A stretch of DNA of 61,662 nt, filler included, from Globobulimina sp. (GCA_003354225.1; 20 parts of 20 records of this genome joined end to end with filler, not necessarily neighbours in it), one strand, 5' to 3'. Positions 19,429-32,049 are shown, numbered from the whole stretch's first letter. The notes: generated from the letters alone by a model not told the origin. Translations and numbers: made by a program.

Positions 19429-21327
19429 ATAACCTGCGATTTGCAGAAACGAATGTTTTCCAATTTGATGGCGCAAGATATGGTATTTTTCGATAACCAC
19501 ACCACTACGGAAATACGTGAGAGAATGAACTGGGGATTATCCGAAATGCTATCTCCATTCCAATCGACAATACGCACTGTTTTATCTTCGTGTGTTTCGT
19601 TATTTGGTTCGGTGTATATGTGCTTAATGATATCGTGGAGATTGACATTTTTAGGCATGTCGACATTGGGACCAATGTCGTATTTTATGAATTTATTTGC
19701 TAGATGGAATTGGCAGAGAAATTTAGTTCAACAAGAATTGCAACGGGAAATGTATGCCATTTCATATCAAGGATTTGAACATATTCGGTCAGTCCGGGCT
19801 TTTGCAAAAGAACACGAATTTGTTAGATATTATAGTATGCTCAGGTACTGTTATAAAACTGTCCATTTGTTAATATTAAACTGTAAATATCTTATAATTT
19901 AAGACAAGAATCGCATGATACGGATAATAGGAAAAGAATGAGTCAATCTGTAAACAGTATTATTAATTCATGGTTTAAATTGGGTACAAAATTATTATTG
20001 ACATGGATTGCTGGCATGATAATATTAAACAATTCAAAGGATCAGGACTCAAATAATATGAATGACTTTTTTCAAACAAATTTAACTGTTGGTTTGTTTA
20101 TTACATTTGAGACATACTGGCAACAGTTATACGGCACCATACAATCGATTCGTGGCACATATTCGACCTACGATCATGCATTTTTTATGGCGAAAAAAAT
20201 ATTTCGAACCTTGGAGAAAAAACCAGAAATTGAACATTTAGCAACGCATATTAAGGAAAAGGAATTACTAAATGAAGTTGATGGTAATATTAAATTCGAA
20301 AATGTAGAATTTTATTATGAATCCGCACCAAATAAATTGGTGTTAAAATCCATAAATTTTGAGATTGAAAAGGGGAAAACTGTTGCTTTGGTGGGAAGAT
20401 CAGGTGGCGGCAAGTCAACAATTATGCATTTATTGTTAAGATTTTATGATCCAACGAAAGGGCGGATCACAATCAATAATATTAATTTAAACAAATATAA
20501 TCCATATTGTTTGCGAAGACAAATTGCGTTGGTATCACAAGACACGGAATTATTTACAAAATCTGTTGAGTATAATATTGGATTCGGTGCCAATAATAAA
20601 AGTAACAATGCATATGAATCAGCATATAATTTAAAACAAGTGCAATATTCAGCTAAATTAGCAAATGCACATAAATTTATCTCTGAAATGGAAGACAAAT
20701 ATGATACACAAATGGGTACACGTGCAAAAAGGTATTTTTTTGTATATATTTTGTTTGTTTGTTAATTCAGCAACAAAATCAATTATATAAAGGTGTTCTG
20801 GCGGACAAAAACAAAGAATATCAATTGCTCGAATGTTAATGAGCAAAGCAAAAGTGATGTTGTTGGATGAGGCCACGAGTTCTTTGGATGCCGAGTCAGA
20901 GGCACTGGTTCAGGCTGCAATGGAAAGAGAATCAGAAGAAAAGAACTGTACTCTCGTTATTGTTGCGCACAGATTGTCCACAGTGGTTAATGCGGATAAA
21001 ATCTGTGTTGTCGATGATGGAACCATTGTTGAACAAGGCACACACGAACAACTCATCGATTTGCAAGGCATATATGCTTCGTTAGTAGAAAGACAAATTA
21101 ATTTAAGAACCAAAATGAAACAAAAATTAGAAAATATGAAAAAAGAAAAAGATGGAGATTGTAAAATGGATGATGAGAATAAGGAGAAGGAGGATGAGCA
21201 TGATGATTATGATAATATTGATTCATTAATCGACCGGATAAAAGCGGATAAAGCAGAAAAAGCGAAAATGGAAATTGAGAGAAAAAATGAAAAAGATGTT
21301 ATAAACACAGAAGAATTAAAAACATAA
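19429..21327 (+). CDS. ABCB-family half-transporter (TMD+NBD); exons 19429-19844, 19904-20731, 20793-21327; N-terminus missing
   Basis: [28 protein letters not shown], Walker [11 protein letters not shown]-loop LVSQD, signature [13 protein letters not shown], Walker [11 protein letters not shown] and IVAHRLSTV. Two GT-AG introns (59 and 61 nt) restore the frame. Confidence 0.92.
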
Positions 21328-21626
21328 AAACTGTAATTTTGTATTCCACTATTTTTGTTGCAATTGAGTCTATTTAGTATAGCTCTGATTGCGTTTTTTA
21401 TTTTGCGTTATTGATTTTGCCTCGTTACCCTTTTCTGATTAGACCCTATTTTGAAAGGTTTTCGTAGATCATATTTTGAAAACAGTTGACTTTTTAGGCT
21501 TAAGGGTTTAGCCCCGGTCTTGTTTGNNNNNNNNNNNNNNNNNNNNNNNNNNNNNNNNNNNNNNNNNNNNTTAATTAATTAANNNNNNNNNNNNNNNNNN
21601 NNNNNNNNNNNNNNNNNNNNNNNNNN

Positions 21627-22232
21627 ACAGGAGCTCAAGGAAATAGACGACCGAACATGTCAATGGCTGCGCCTGGAGATAGAAGAACTAGAACAATTCC
21701 CGGTATGGATTTATCGTACAAAGCCCCTAGTCGACCTGGAGACCCGCCTGGATTAAAGAGATATTATGGTAGCACAGGTGCTGAATTAGACGGTGCATGC
21801 TTAAAATGCGAGCAACATGGCCATTATAGCAGGGAATGTACAAATCCAACTGTATTGGGCAGCCCATTGGATAAAATTCAAAAGAATCAACCGATTTATA
21901 ACCAATTTGTGGCTAACAACCCACCTAGAGGCAACTCGTATACGGGCCGAGGTAACGGACAAGCATATATGGCAAGACCGATGGCATATCCAGTAATGGC
22001 ACAGGAATTGAATGGAAATAGTTTGCTGCCTCCACAAAATTTCTTTTTTGAAAGACCGAAAAGCCCTGTGATGATGGCGGCATCAACTAGAATGAATGTG
22101 CAAATAAAACCAGTAAAACGGATAACTCATTTTTGGTATTGGTATATTTTTATTATAATTTTAGCTTTATTAACTTTTACTTTCTATTGTGATAATAGCC
22201 AAATGTACATATATAGCTGTGTAAAACGCTAG
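21627..22232 (+). CDS. Gag-like ORF with CCHC zinc knuckle
   Basis: CLKCEQHGHYSREC matches C-X2-C-X4-H-X4-C and sits in a P/G/R-rich context. Confidence 0.55.
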   Translation, partial: TGAQGNRRPNMSMAAPGDRRTRTIPGMDLSYKAPSRPGDPPGLKRYYGSTGAELDGACLKCEQHGHYSRECTNPTVLGSPLDKIQKNQPIYNQFVANNPPRGNSYTGRGNGQAYMARPMAYPVMAQELNGNSLLPPQNFFFERPKSPVMMAASTRMNVQIKPVKRITHFWYWYIFIIILALLTFTFYCDNSQMYIYSCVKR

Positions 22233-24615
22233 AAATTGTAAATATCTTGTTTAGTAGTATTTATTGTATTATATGTGTACGTATTGTGTGCAGGCATAGA
22301 GAATTCGAAAAGTCCCTTGTTAGTTTATAATGGGCTCTAGTAGTATGAGAGACCGCCAAAATTTTAAAAAATTATTTTAACTAAATATGGTAACAAATAA
22401 ACAAAATGTGCTGAGTAATAGATCATCAGAATCGGAGGAATGCGCCTAATACAGTAGCAATAGTTATAATTTATATAATTGTGTAATAAACATGTTATTT
22501 TTAATTTTAGAGTCATTAAATTTTACGAATAGATGCCGACAAGGTCGTTAGACTCGATAGAGACGTTACTTTTGGCGCGGTTTGACAAGACCTTGAACAC
22601 TAATACGACAAAGGCGGACAGTTAAAAGGGAGATGACTAATGCCCGACTGACACATAACTGATGTAGAACATTGTGACGCAATAGGAACATCATATTTTG
22701 TCGAGTTTGAGTTAAAGTTGACATAGGAAATTAACATAACTTTTCTTTTAGCACTTGATTGAGACAGATGCAAATACAGTACACTAATGCACTTAACATT
22801 TTAGATAATATTGGAACTTTTGTTTGGTTTATGGATAACAATGGTGATTAGCTAACGTTATTAGCTTTGTCAAGTCGACGAGAAGGTTGAGTTTTGTACG
22901 CACTGCGGTTACAACAAACATACAGCGTTTTTCTTCCATATGCGCGGTTACACAATAAGGCCCTTAATTACATGTATATAACTGTGTTTGTACTATATTT
23001 TTAGCTTTTTGGAGTTCAAGCGCATCAAGTATGCTCAGACGACGAATTAGTATTAGTGGCCATAATATATGTTCGCTGTGTGATGCAGAAGTTGGTGAAT
23101 TCATGAGATCCGAAATGCTTTGGGTACAAGTACATTTTATATTTTATTTTTATATATATGAAATTTTAATATTATATTTTATATGTCCGGCATATTTTAT
23201 TTTATATATATGTCCGGCATAGTTGTACCAATCATCTTTTTGCCCCAGTGTTCAAATCTGAAATAGGGATTTGTTTATTATTACCATATTATAGTTATAC
23301 TGTAGTAGGCTAGTGTTAGAGACTATGGAGAAACAGAATGGATAATGGCTGAAAATCGCCTAAGTGTTTCTTATTTTTGAAAATTTGGGCGTGAGGCCTC
23401 TTCTAACTTACCAAACTCCTTATTCACTTTTTCCCGGTGCTTTTATTCCGGTTCAGTGTTATTCTATCTCACTCCATGGTTAAACTGCAAAACATAAGAA
23501 TCAGTATTTTGGAAATGCAACTTAGACGCGAAGATCCTAGAGCAAGCTGTTAAGACTGGATAAGAACATAATATCTAGTAAGGAGAAAATATGGCTACAA
23601 TGTGGGCAAAGACTATCGCCTGAGAATGTCAAAAGCGTTCAAAATTTTCTAAGTGTTACAAAACTGGAAGAAAATGGGCATGACCCGTGTACAAGCTTAC
23701 CTAGCACGTTGATAACCAGTAAATACTCCTTTCACATACATACGCCCCTTTTTCTGAGGCCCTGGAGTTCTGGTTTGTTGTTCGTTGGAACCAGCCATTT
23801 CCCCTATTTACAATTCTGCCTGAAAGACAACAGAATCAAATATTTAAATATCAAGCTTACGTGGAAGAAGAAAAGCCTAAAATAACAGTGTTTCTATGCT
23901 ATGGTTATGAGAGAGCTTGGGAGCAATACAGAAGGACAAATATGGCCAAAGAAGGACAACATAATTCTGAAGGTCGTCAGTGATTGGTTGAGACGGCCCG
24001 AGAGAGAGTGGATGATTTGGCCGCTTTAGTACAGAACCTCACATTTGACTTGGCGCGATGAAGGACTAATACAATCGATGGAGGCGCCATCTGCTGGGAC
24101 AAAATAATGTAAGGCCTTACAATTAGATCAAATATCCCTATAGAGCACTACATTGATTCAAGAGTCAAGAGAAAGATTCAAGAGTTAAGAGAAAGAGATA
24201 AGAGATAAAGGATAAAGAGAAATAGATCCAATATGAGTTGAGCTGAGATTTAGTAACTATTGTAATTAGACTATTAACATAACCTAAGATTAGTATTAAG
24301 AATCTAATGTATTTGGTGTATAACTAATTTTGACTACTAATAGTTTATGTCCATTTAATGTGTAAATTCTATGTCGTTGATGTGTCGGCAGCGCATTTCT
24401 TTATGTTATTGTAATTATACGACCTATTGTATCTCTTAGTCGTCAATACTGTCGTAAAAGTATTTTATTGTATATTATTGGTGATGATTTTGTTTCCAGA
24501 GAGAATTATAATATTCAGTTTAGTACATTTTGTATAGTAAGAAGTAATAAATAACCATGATGTAATGTGATTTATCTATTTTAGATATTGGTGACGATTG
24601 AGTCCATTGTTTTCC
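21627..24615 (+). mobile_element. Probable decayed retrotransposon
   Basis: A zinc-knuckle ORF is followed by 2.4 kb with no intact gene, unusual for this gene-dense genome. There is a purine tract at about 24160-24225 and a PBS-like TGGTGACGA at about 24589. No RT or integrase motif recognised. Confidence 0.35.
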
Positions 24616-24715
24616 NNNNNNNNNNNNNNNNNNNNNNNNNNNNNNNNNNNNNNNNNNNNTTAATTAATTAANNNNNNNNNNNNNNNNNNNNNNNNNNNNN
24701 NNNNNNNNNNNNNNN

Positions 24716-25820
24716 GTCCGCACTGCCCAATGCATGCTCGGGCACTGATTCGCCGCCGCTGTCGTCCGCCAACGAGACAAGCAACTGCCCGCCGGTCAAT
24801 TTGGCAATGCGTTTTAATTTTTTCTTGTCCACTCGGCGTACGCCGATACAGCCCGCGCTCACAAAGTATTTGATGGCCGCATCGTCGATGCCTTTGCTGG
24901 TTAATATCACATTGGCGCCGGCGGCCACCAATAAATCGATCCTCTCCTTAATGATGTCGTATTCGCGAGCCCGCATAGCCTCCACTTCCGTCGGGTTCTC
25001 CATCAACATTTGCACGCCGAACCGGAGCGCCATGCGCCGAAAATCGATATCGCACAGCGCGATTTTCGCGTTTTTTATGCTGCGCGGCATTTGTTGACTG
25101 CATCGGTATTCGTGTAAACAATATCCATTTATCAGCTCCGCGTCGCGCATACCGCCGCCGGGCACTCTTAAGATTTCCACCGCTTTCACGGGATATCTTT
25201 TTTTTTTCTTAGAGGTTATAGTTTCGACGGCCAACATGGCATCGACCGCGATGTTGCTGTATAAGTCGCTGTCAATGTTAATGATTTTGCTGCTCATTGA
25301 CGTCTTGGCCGTGGATATTAAGGCTTCGCGGCCTAATTTGGAGGTTTTAAGGGTCATGTTGTCGGCTATGAATCTGTGGTTTTGTGTGGATGGCGAATGA
25401 GTGCAAGGATGCGATGTCTGGATTTGTTGTACGTAACTTTATAGCTTCGTTTTTTGCTTTAAGGAATCCGGAGATTATGGAGGTTGGATGTATGTGTTGT
25501 TCGACTAATTCGTTTGCGCGACGTATTAATTCTGTGGCAATGATGACGACGGAGGTGGTGCCATCGCCGACTTCCTTGTCCTGTAAATTTGCTAATTCGA
25601 CTAAAACTTTTGCGCAGGGATGTTCTAAGTCTAATCGCTTTAAGATGGTAGCGCCATCATTGGTGATTACGACATCGCCAATGTCATCGACTAACATCTT
25701 ATCCAAACCTAAGGGACCTAACGATGATTTTACGATGTTGGAGACGGCCATGCATGCGGTCATGTTTTGCATGCGAACATCTTGTCCGGTTACACGTGTT
25801 CCGTGGATAGGTAGGGACAT
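24716..25820 (-). CDS. TCP1: T-complex protein 1 subunit alpha (CCT1), exons 25820-25438 and 25373-24716, 3'-truncated
   Basis: NIVKSSLGPLGLDKMLVDDIGDVVITNDGATIL, QDKEVGDGTTSVV, IHPTSIISG, AKTSMSSKII and GANVILTSKGIDD. A 64-nt GT-AG intron restores the frame. Confidence 0.96.
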
Positions 25821-25930
25821 TGGAAACGACTGGATTAGGTTTAGTGTGAAGTGAGCTTAAGTTTGAGGGAATTTTTTTAATCTATATTTTAACAGTTTAG
25901 GCGATTTAAAGACCTTATTTGCTTATTAAA

Positions 25931-26587
25931 TCAACAAAGAATAAGTTCAACATCAAGAATAGGTTCATATATAGAAAACGCCATAACATATGAATCATTA
26001 ACATCAATATCATCAAATGCAATGCCATAATCAATCCCATCAACATAATAATATAACAATCCATTTTGATTATTTTCTTGTGACAAATCCAAAGTCATAG
26101 TCATTGTTCCATTGCGTGATAAACTCTTTCCATACGGCAATCCGTTACTTTTTTTGTATTTACATCCATCATTTGAATATATGCCTAGTCCGCCATTTTC
26201 ACAAAATGGGAAAGAACCAGACATAGTTTTTGATGCTTTCAAAGATGAAACAATTCCAAATAAAAACGAAACATTTTTTTTTGTTTGAATTTTCCAGATT
26301 TGTTTCATTGGTTTTTGTATAATACAGCTACCAAAAGCGTTGATATATTTATACTGACATTTATCCACTGATAAACTGGATAAACGGGCTCCATCAATTA
26401 TAAAATCTTTGTGACATGTTTCTGGATTCCATTCATCCAATGCTAAATAATAAAACATGAAACATACCAACGTGATATCATTTGGAATGTTTATGTTTTG
26501 ACAATTGTCTCTGATATAACCAAATACAATCAGTTTGTCCAATAATTCTTTATTGTTTGCAGGTACAGGTGTAGTTCTCATAGACAT
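25931..26587 (-). CDS. SPRY/B30.2-like protein with 'LIVFGYIR..IPNDI' module
   Basis: Same architecture as 17490-18143: LIVFGYIR...NIPNDITLVCFMFY, QIWKIQ, FLFGIV, TMTMTLDLS, YYVDGIDYGIAF and YVMAFSI. Confidence 0.75.
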   Translation of the reverse strand: MSMRTTPVPANNKELLDKLIVFGYIRDNCQNINIPNDITLVCFMFYYLALDEWNPETCHKDFIIDGARLSSLSVDKCQYKYINAFGSCIIQKPMKQIWKIQTKKNVSFLFGIVSSLKASKTMSGSFPFCENGGLGIYSNDGCKYKKSNGLPYGKSLSRNGTMTMTLDLSQENNQNGLLYYYVDGIDYGIAFDDIDVNDSYVMAFSIYEPILDVELILC

Positions 26588-26637
26588 TGTGCATTTATCG
26601 CAGCAACTAACCTTTAGTCCTTACTACTGCCCTTCCA

Positions 26638-27651
26638 ATGGCCTTTAGACTTGATATTGTACCCATAGCATTGAATGCATTCAGTTTCTTATTTACATTT
26701 CTTCTTATTCTCAAATTATATCTTCATTATGAGGACTCATTATTGACAGAAAACAAAACAATTATTGTTCTGGGCATATGGACAATGATATTATTTGCAG
26801 TCACAACATCAATCACTGCAATAGGGTATATGTCAAATTTATATGTTGGCAAAAACACACAAGTATTTCTTGTCTATGCTGCAATATTCTGGAGATGTGC
26901 TCAAATGCTATCATACTCATTATTTATTACTAGATTTAAACATTCATTTCAATCTACAAAATATAACGCATCTCCATGCGTATATCGTTCACTTTATTTT
27001 GGCACTATTTTATTCATTTTGATTTATGTTTTGTATGAAATATTTTCTCATGTTTTAAATATTCAACAATTCACACAATTATATGGCTGGATTATCAATG
27101 CCATATTATCGAGCATTATCCATTTGATTTTATCCATTTCCATTTTAGTTGTCTTTACCAAACGACTATGGCTATTAACCTATGATTTGGCGATCACACC
27201 GGAAAAACCACTTATAATTACGTATTCGAATTCAATTTCTGCAGCGAAACAGCTGAATTATGACGTTTTAACTAACACAGATGAAATGAGTGTAAGTAAA
27301 ATACGGTTACAGAGTGAATTAAATAACGATCAGTTAAGCATTGTTGATATCCTGTCTAAGATTATTGTATTGTCATTGATTTCAATTGTTTCATTTCAAA
27401 TGTCGATGGTTATTGAGATGGTTTGTGCAATAATATTCGGGGATAATCAGGATCCATGGTTTGGATTTGATATATTTTGGTGTTACATAGCATGTGATTG
27501 CACAATTAATTCATTCGTCATATATTTAAGTTTTGATTCATTTTTTGAGACATATTATTTGTTTTGCTCTCCAATTGATCGTTGTTGTGCGTTTTGTTGC
27601 GAACAATGGACGAAAAAGAAAATAAAGTCATCGAAAACACTCAATGTGTAA
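26638..27651 (+). CDS. Seven-transmembrane GPCR-like protein
   Basis: Seven hydrophobic segments, YSLFITRF at the end of TM3, DCTINSFVIYLSF in TM7 and a Cys-rich cytoplasmic tail. Confidence 0.65.
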   Translation: MAFRLDIVPIALNAFSFLFTFLLILKLYLHYEDSLLTENKTIIVLGIWTMILFAVTTSITAIGYMSNLYVGKNTQVFLVYAAIFWRCAQMLSYSLFITRFKHSFQSTKYNASPCVYRSLYFGTILFILIYVLYEIFSHVLNIQQFTQLYGWIINAILSSIIHLILSISILVVFTKRLWLLTYDLAITPEKPLIITYSNSISAAKQLNYDVLTNTDEMSVSKIRLQSELNNDQLSIVDILSKIIVLSLISIVSFQMSMVIEMVCAIIFGDNQDPWFGFDIFWCYIACDCTINSFVIYLSFDSFFETYYLFCSPIDRCCAFCCEQWTKKKIKSSKTLNV

Positions 27652-27804
27652 GCATGGAAATAACATTATTGTTACATATGCAATGTATATATGCACATCA
27701 ACCANNNNNNNNNNNNNNNNNNNNNNNNNNNNNNNNNNNNNNNNNNNNTTAATTAATTAANNNNNNNNNNNNNNNNNNNNNNNNNNNNNNNNNNNNNNNN
27801 NNNN

Positions 27805-30634
27805 CTGGTCTGTGCATCTCAATATTAGGTATATCAGGTTTCGGCATAGGTATAGGTAAAGCTGTATTATCAGTTTGCATTTTGGCATTTTCCATTTCAA
27901 TGGATTTTTTTGTTTGCACTTTAGTATTTGCAGTTTTGATAGTTTTTATGGATGACACTGTAGCTGGTATGATATTATTCGTCTGTACCACAGCATCTAT
28001 CGTTTTTGCATGTTCAACAGACTGTGAGCATGACAATATATGTGCATTAACTATATTACTTAAGTCCTTCAATATAGCATTATTATGAAGTATTATTTCT
28101 CTGTATTTAGTAATTTCAGATTTTAAAGTTTCATTCTCTGCCTTGCAATCATATGACATAGCCTTGACCAAAGGCATGTTTATTTCTGTTTCATTATTAG
28201 GTTCATTATGAGCACGTGCGCACGTCTGTAGATCACGTGCATCCATTATGTGTTGGGCTGGTTTTAATTGTTCTGTCTTATCTGGAGCACGTGCAAGGCA
28301 TTTGGCAAAGGATAGGTTGTTGACATTATATTGATTTATATAGGTTTTATGCGTATATTCATTATGCACTAGCGGTCTACTGCATAACATTGGGCATTCA
28401 AACACATATAATATATAATTTTCCGGTTTTTCTGCTAAATCTCTCTCTGTTTTTACTGCAGTATTAGTATTATTAATACATACAGGACCGGCATTTATCG
28501 GAGTACATACAGTACATACAGGACCGGCAGCATCATTAGTACATACAAGTCCGACAGCTATCGGTGACGTACATACTGCATTTATGGCATGATTATAAGT
28601 GTCAGTATTATTATCATTAGTACATACAGGACCGGCAGCATCGTTAGTACATACATTTCCGACAGTTATCGGTGATGTACATACAGTTGTCACAGCATTT
28701 AGACACATTTTCTTTGTCAATTTTCGAGTTATATTGATTTTATTATCGGTATACAGTACTTTAGGTTTGCTAATAGATCTTATGGTTTTATTAGATTTAC
28801 ATCCTTGAATTGGGGTTTTCATTTTTATAGCATTTTCTTTAGCTTGCTCATTATATTGCAATAATGCTAACTGGATTATATTAGCATTATATTGATCATA
28901 ATCGGTATCGGTATTGTCGTCAAAGTTAGTTTGGGTTTCTTTATGGGCATTTTTAATAATTTGGCAAATTACCGTTTGTGTTTCTGTATGTATTCCGGTA
29001 ATATTCGTGGTATTCAATGACTCTCTAGTTTTATCAATATTACTTACTGACATGTATGTATCTTCGGTTTTCTCGGGATCCACGGTATTTAGTTCTGACT
29101 CAGTATTAATTTTTGGCTTTGTACATACTATAATCGGTGTTTCACAGTTGTGAATTCCACCTGTTATGTATGTACTTTCTGTATTTTCGAAATTCTCGGT
29201 ATTAAATAATGGCTCAGTACATATTGTGATCGGTGTTACACTATTATATCGAGTATTAATATTGGTTTGATTAAGATATTCATCGATCATGTATGTACTT
29301 TCGGTATTTTCGGTATTCCTTTCCTTGGTATTCTCAGTTTTCACGGTATTTAGTTCTGTAATCTCGGTATTGGGTTCTGACTTAGTACATACTGTAATCG
29401 GTGTTTCACTATTGTGAGTTCCAACTGTCATGTATGTACTTTCGGTATTATCAGTATTCTCGGTATATAGATCTGCCTCAGTACATAATGTGATCGGTTT
29501 TACACTATTGTGAGTTCCACCTGTCAAGTATGTACTTTCTGTAATCTCAGTCTTGATTTCTGATTCGGTTTTCTCAATGTTTAGTTCTGGCTCAGTACAT
29601 ACTGTGATCGGTGTTACACTATTGTGATTATCACCTGTCAAGTATGTATTTTCTGTAAACTCGGTATTAATAACTGACTCGGTATTCTCGGTATTTAATT
29701 CTGAATCAATACAAAATATAATCGGAGGTACTCCTGTTATGTATGTACTTACGGAATTCTCGGTATTTTCGGTGTTTAGTTCTGACTCAGTACATACTGT
29801 GGTCGGTATTTCACTATTGTGAGTTCCAACTGTCAAATATGTACTTTCAGTATTCTCGGTATAAGTATTAGTATTGGTTTGATTAGGATATATGCTGAAA
29901 GAACGGTTCAAATTCCATTTTTCTTTAAGTATAATGGTTTTTTTCATTAAATTTTCGGCTTGGTTTATTATATCCGTTTCTTCTGTATGCAGTGAAGAGG
30001 TTTCGATTGGTGATGGTGTACATACTGATTCTGCATTAGTCATGGTAATAGAAGGATCACAGTAATTCATACTTAGTCTTTTTGGTGTATATAAATCGTC
30101 ATTTTCAGTTTTAAAGTTTACCTTATTAGCTCGTATTTTGACTTCATTTATTCTATTTTCTTCAAAATGTTGTTTTCTTTTGATGCTGCTAAGTTCCTTC
30201 ACAGTATGGTCCAACGGTTTAGATTTTTTATGGTATTTAGAATCAGATTCATACATATCTGGGTTTTGTTTTAATTTGCCTTCTTTTATTGTCTTCGTTT
30301 TAACTTTTCTATCAGGTTGGATTCGGGATGGCATGATTTTCTTGATCTTACATATTTCGCATTTTTTACATTTTTGGCATTTTCGTGCTTCAAAACAGAA
30401 ACATTTATGGTTGTCCGTATCGTGGTATATTATTCCATCTTCTGGTATGATATCGGTTTTAATAGTAGTGTCGGTATTGATAGTATTTATGGTTTTGTTG
30501 GTATTATTGTCAGTTTCTTCGGTTTTGATCAATTTCTTATTGGAATTTTTGGAATTTTTGTTCTGACCAGAGCTTCTTATATTATCAATAATAACAGGTG
30601 GTATTGAAGGTGGAATAGTGGGTAAAACATTCAT
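27805..30634 (-). CDS. Large intronless Thr/Asn/Glu-rich tandem-repeat protein, 3'-truncated (possibly a retroelement ORF1/Gag-like protein)
   Basis: Over 900 codons open. N-terminal Cys cluster HKCFCFEARKCQKCKKCEICK, two repeat arrays and a coiled coil near the end. Confidence 0.6.
28478..28700 (-). repeat. Second coding repeat array (VCTSPI / VCTNDAAGPVCT)
   Basis: Repeated agtacatacaggaccggcagcatc and atcggtga(c/t)gtacatac. Confidence 0.8.
29060..29880 (-). repeat. Degenerate coding minisatellite, unit about ESTY(L/M/I)TxGTHNSxTPITVCTEPELNTE(NTE)n
   Basis: About seven imperfect copies visible in both protein and DNA (gtatgtactttc...gtacatactgtgatcggtgtt). Confidence 0.85.
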
Positions 30635-30894
30635 AATAAAACCAAACAAAGTGCAGTACAATAGTGGAAAGAAAAATATATAAAACGGAGGAGAAACAGG
30701 CGGTATTGTTTACAACGCTATAACATGGGCCACACGTTAAACCTGGCAGCGAGAGCGAGGGCAATTAAAACAACCTCTCCTGAGCTCTGCGANNNNNNNN
30801 NNNNNNNNNNNNNNNNNNNNNNNNNNNNNNNNNNNNTTAATTAATTAANNNNNNNNNNNNNNNNNNNNNNNNNNNNNNNNNNNNNNNNNNNNAT

Positions 30895-32049
30895 GAAAAT
30901 ATTTGCATGAAGGCAGCAAATAAATTTTCAAATAATTTAAATAATGCAATTGATTATATCGCAAAATATGAAAAAACAAATGATAATGATACAGATATTG
31001 ATAATAATAATACAAAAGCATCAATAATTAATTTGAAATATGATGAAAAAACAAGTGATTTGACACAGCAATCTCTGCAAAAAGACGAAGTGAATGTTGC
31101 TGCTGATACACTTTCAGCACTCTCGCTGAATAATGAGGTGATAAAAGTTGATGATTCCGATGATTTGACGAGTTCATTATTGGCAATTGAAATGTCAGCA
31201 TCATTTGGAAAGTATTTGTTTTCTGAATTTGAATCTTTTTGTCATTCGATTGATGGTTGGAAATATTCAGCATATGACCCATTTTGGAGTAATATTATGC
31301 AGCCAGCAAATGAATTTGCATTAAAAAAATCAGTAGAAATATTTACTAGATTTCAAATGAAAACATTTTATTATTCATCGCATTCGCAGACCAATATTGT
31401 ACGCATAAATTCCGTGCAAAAAGATAAATATCACATAGACAATAAGCTTAATATATTTTGTGCAATGAAAAGAATTGAATATTATATTTTGGATCTTTTG
31501 TGTTTGTGTGAATTAGAATATCAATTTCAATTATTAATAACATTGGCTTTGCAGCAATTTGCATTTGTCAAACAGGTTAAAGTCGAATATGGCCCAATTA
31601 CAAGAACCAATATCACGCAGTATGGAAGAATTGATATTTATTATGAAGACTTCAATGATTATTCATACATTATTGAATTAAAATTAATTAAACTGAATGA
31701 TGTGTGTTATTATTGCAATAATTATGGTATGTTATCACCAAAAGGACGGAAGAAATTTGGATATAAATTCATGAAAGTTGATGAGATATTGGCAGCTGCT
31801 TTTTGGCAAAGCAAATCATATCAAAAATATAATAGAAATGGATTTGGTGCAATTGTATTGATCGGAAATGAAATGAAAAGTATCGGTGTTGTTGATAAAA
31901 TATTATATATTAACAATCACCGATTGGATCCAAAGGATATTGCAATTAATACAATAAAAAAGTGGTTGAAAGATGCATTTGGTTATCAATGGCATTTGAA
32001 TTATGTTAAATTTTTTATTGCAACTTGGTATTACTGGATAGAGTTATAA
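30895..32049 (+). CDS. UBA-like N-terminus plus PD-(D/E)XK restriction-endonuclease-fold domain, 5'-truncated
   Basis: ENICMKAANKFSNNLNNAIDYI resembles UBA helices 2-3. ELEYQFQ...VKVEY...GRIDIYY...YIIELK...AAFWQSKSY matches the E / D / ExK / QxxxY pattern. Confidence 0.65.
   Translation, partial: ENICMKAANKFSNNLNNAIDYIAKYEKTNDNDTDIDNNNTKASIINLKYDEKTSDLTQQSLQKDEVNVAADTLSALSLNNEVIKVDDSDDLTSSLLAIEMSASFGKYLFSEFESFCHSIDGWKYSAYDPFWSNIMQPANEFALKKSVEIFTRFQMKTFYYSSHSQTNIVRINSVQKDKYHIDNKLNIFCAMKRIEYYILDLLCLCELEYQFQLLITLALQQFAFVKQVKVEYGPITRTNITQYGRIDIYYEDFNDYSYIIELKLIKLNDVCYYCNNYGMLSPKGRKKFGYKFMKVDEILAAAFWQSKSYQKYNRNGFGAIVLIGNEMKSIGVVDKILYINNHRLDPKDIAINTIKKWLKDAFGYQWHLNYVKFFIATWYYWIEL

Noticed and set aside
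23300-24120. Tyrosine recombinase or RT of a DIRS-like element
   Set aside because: Only a weak LGVRP-like fragment; no HxxR/Y or YxDD motif could be read in the frames examined.
29060-29880. CRISPR-like array
   Set aside because: Repeats are degenerate, keep the reading frame, lack unique spacers, and there are no cas genes; the context is eukaryotic.
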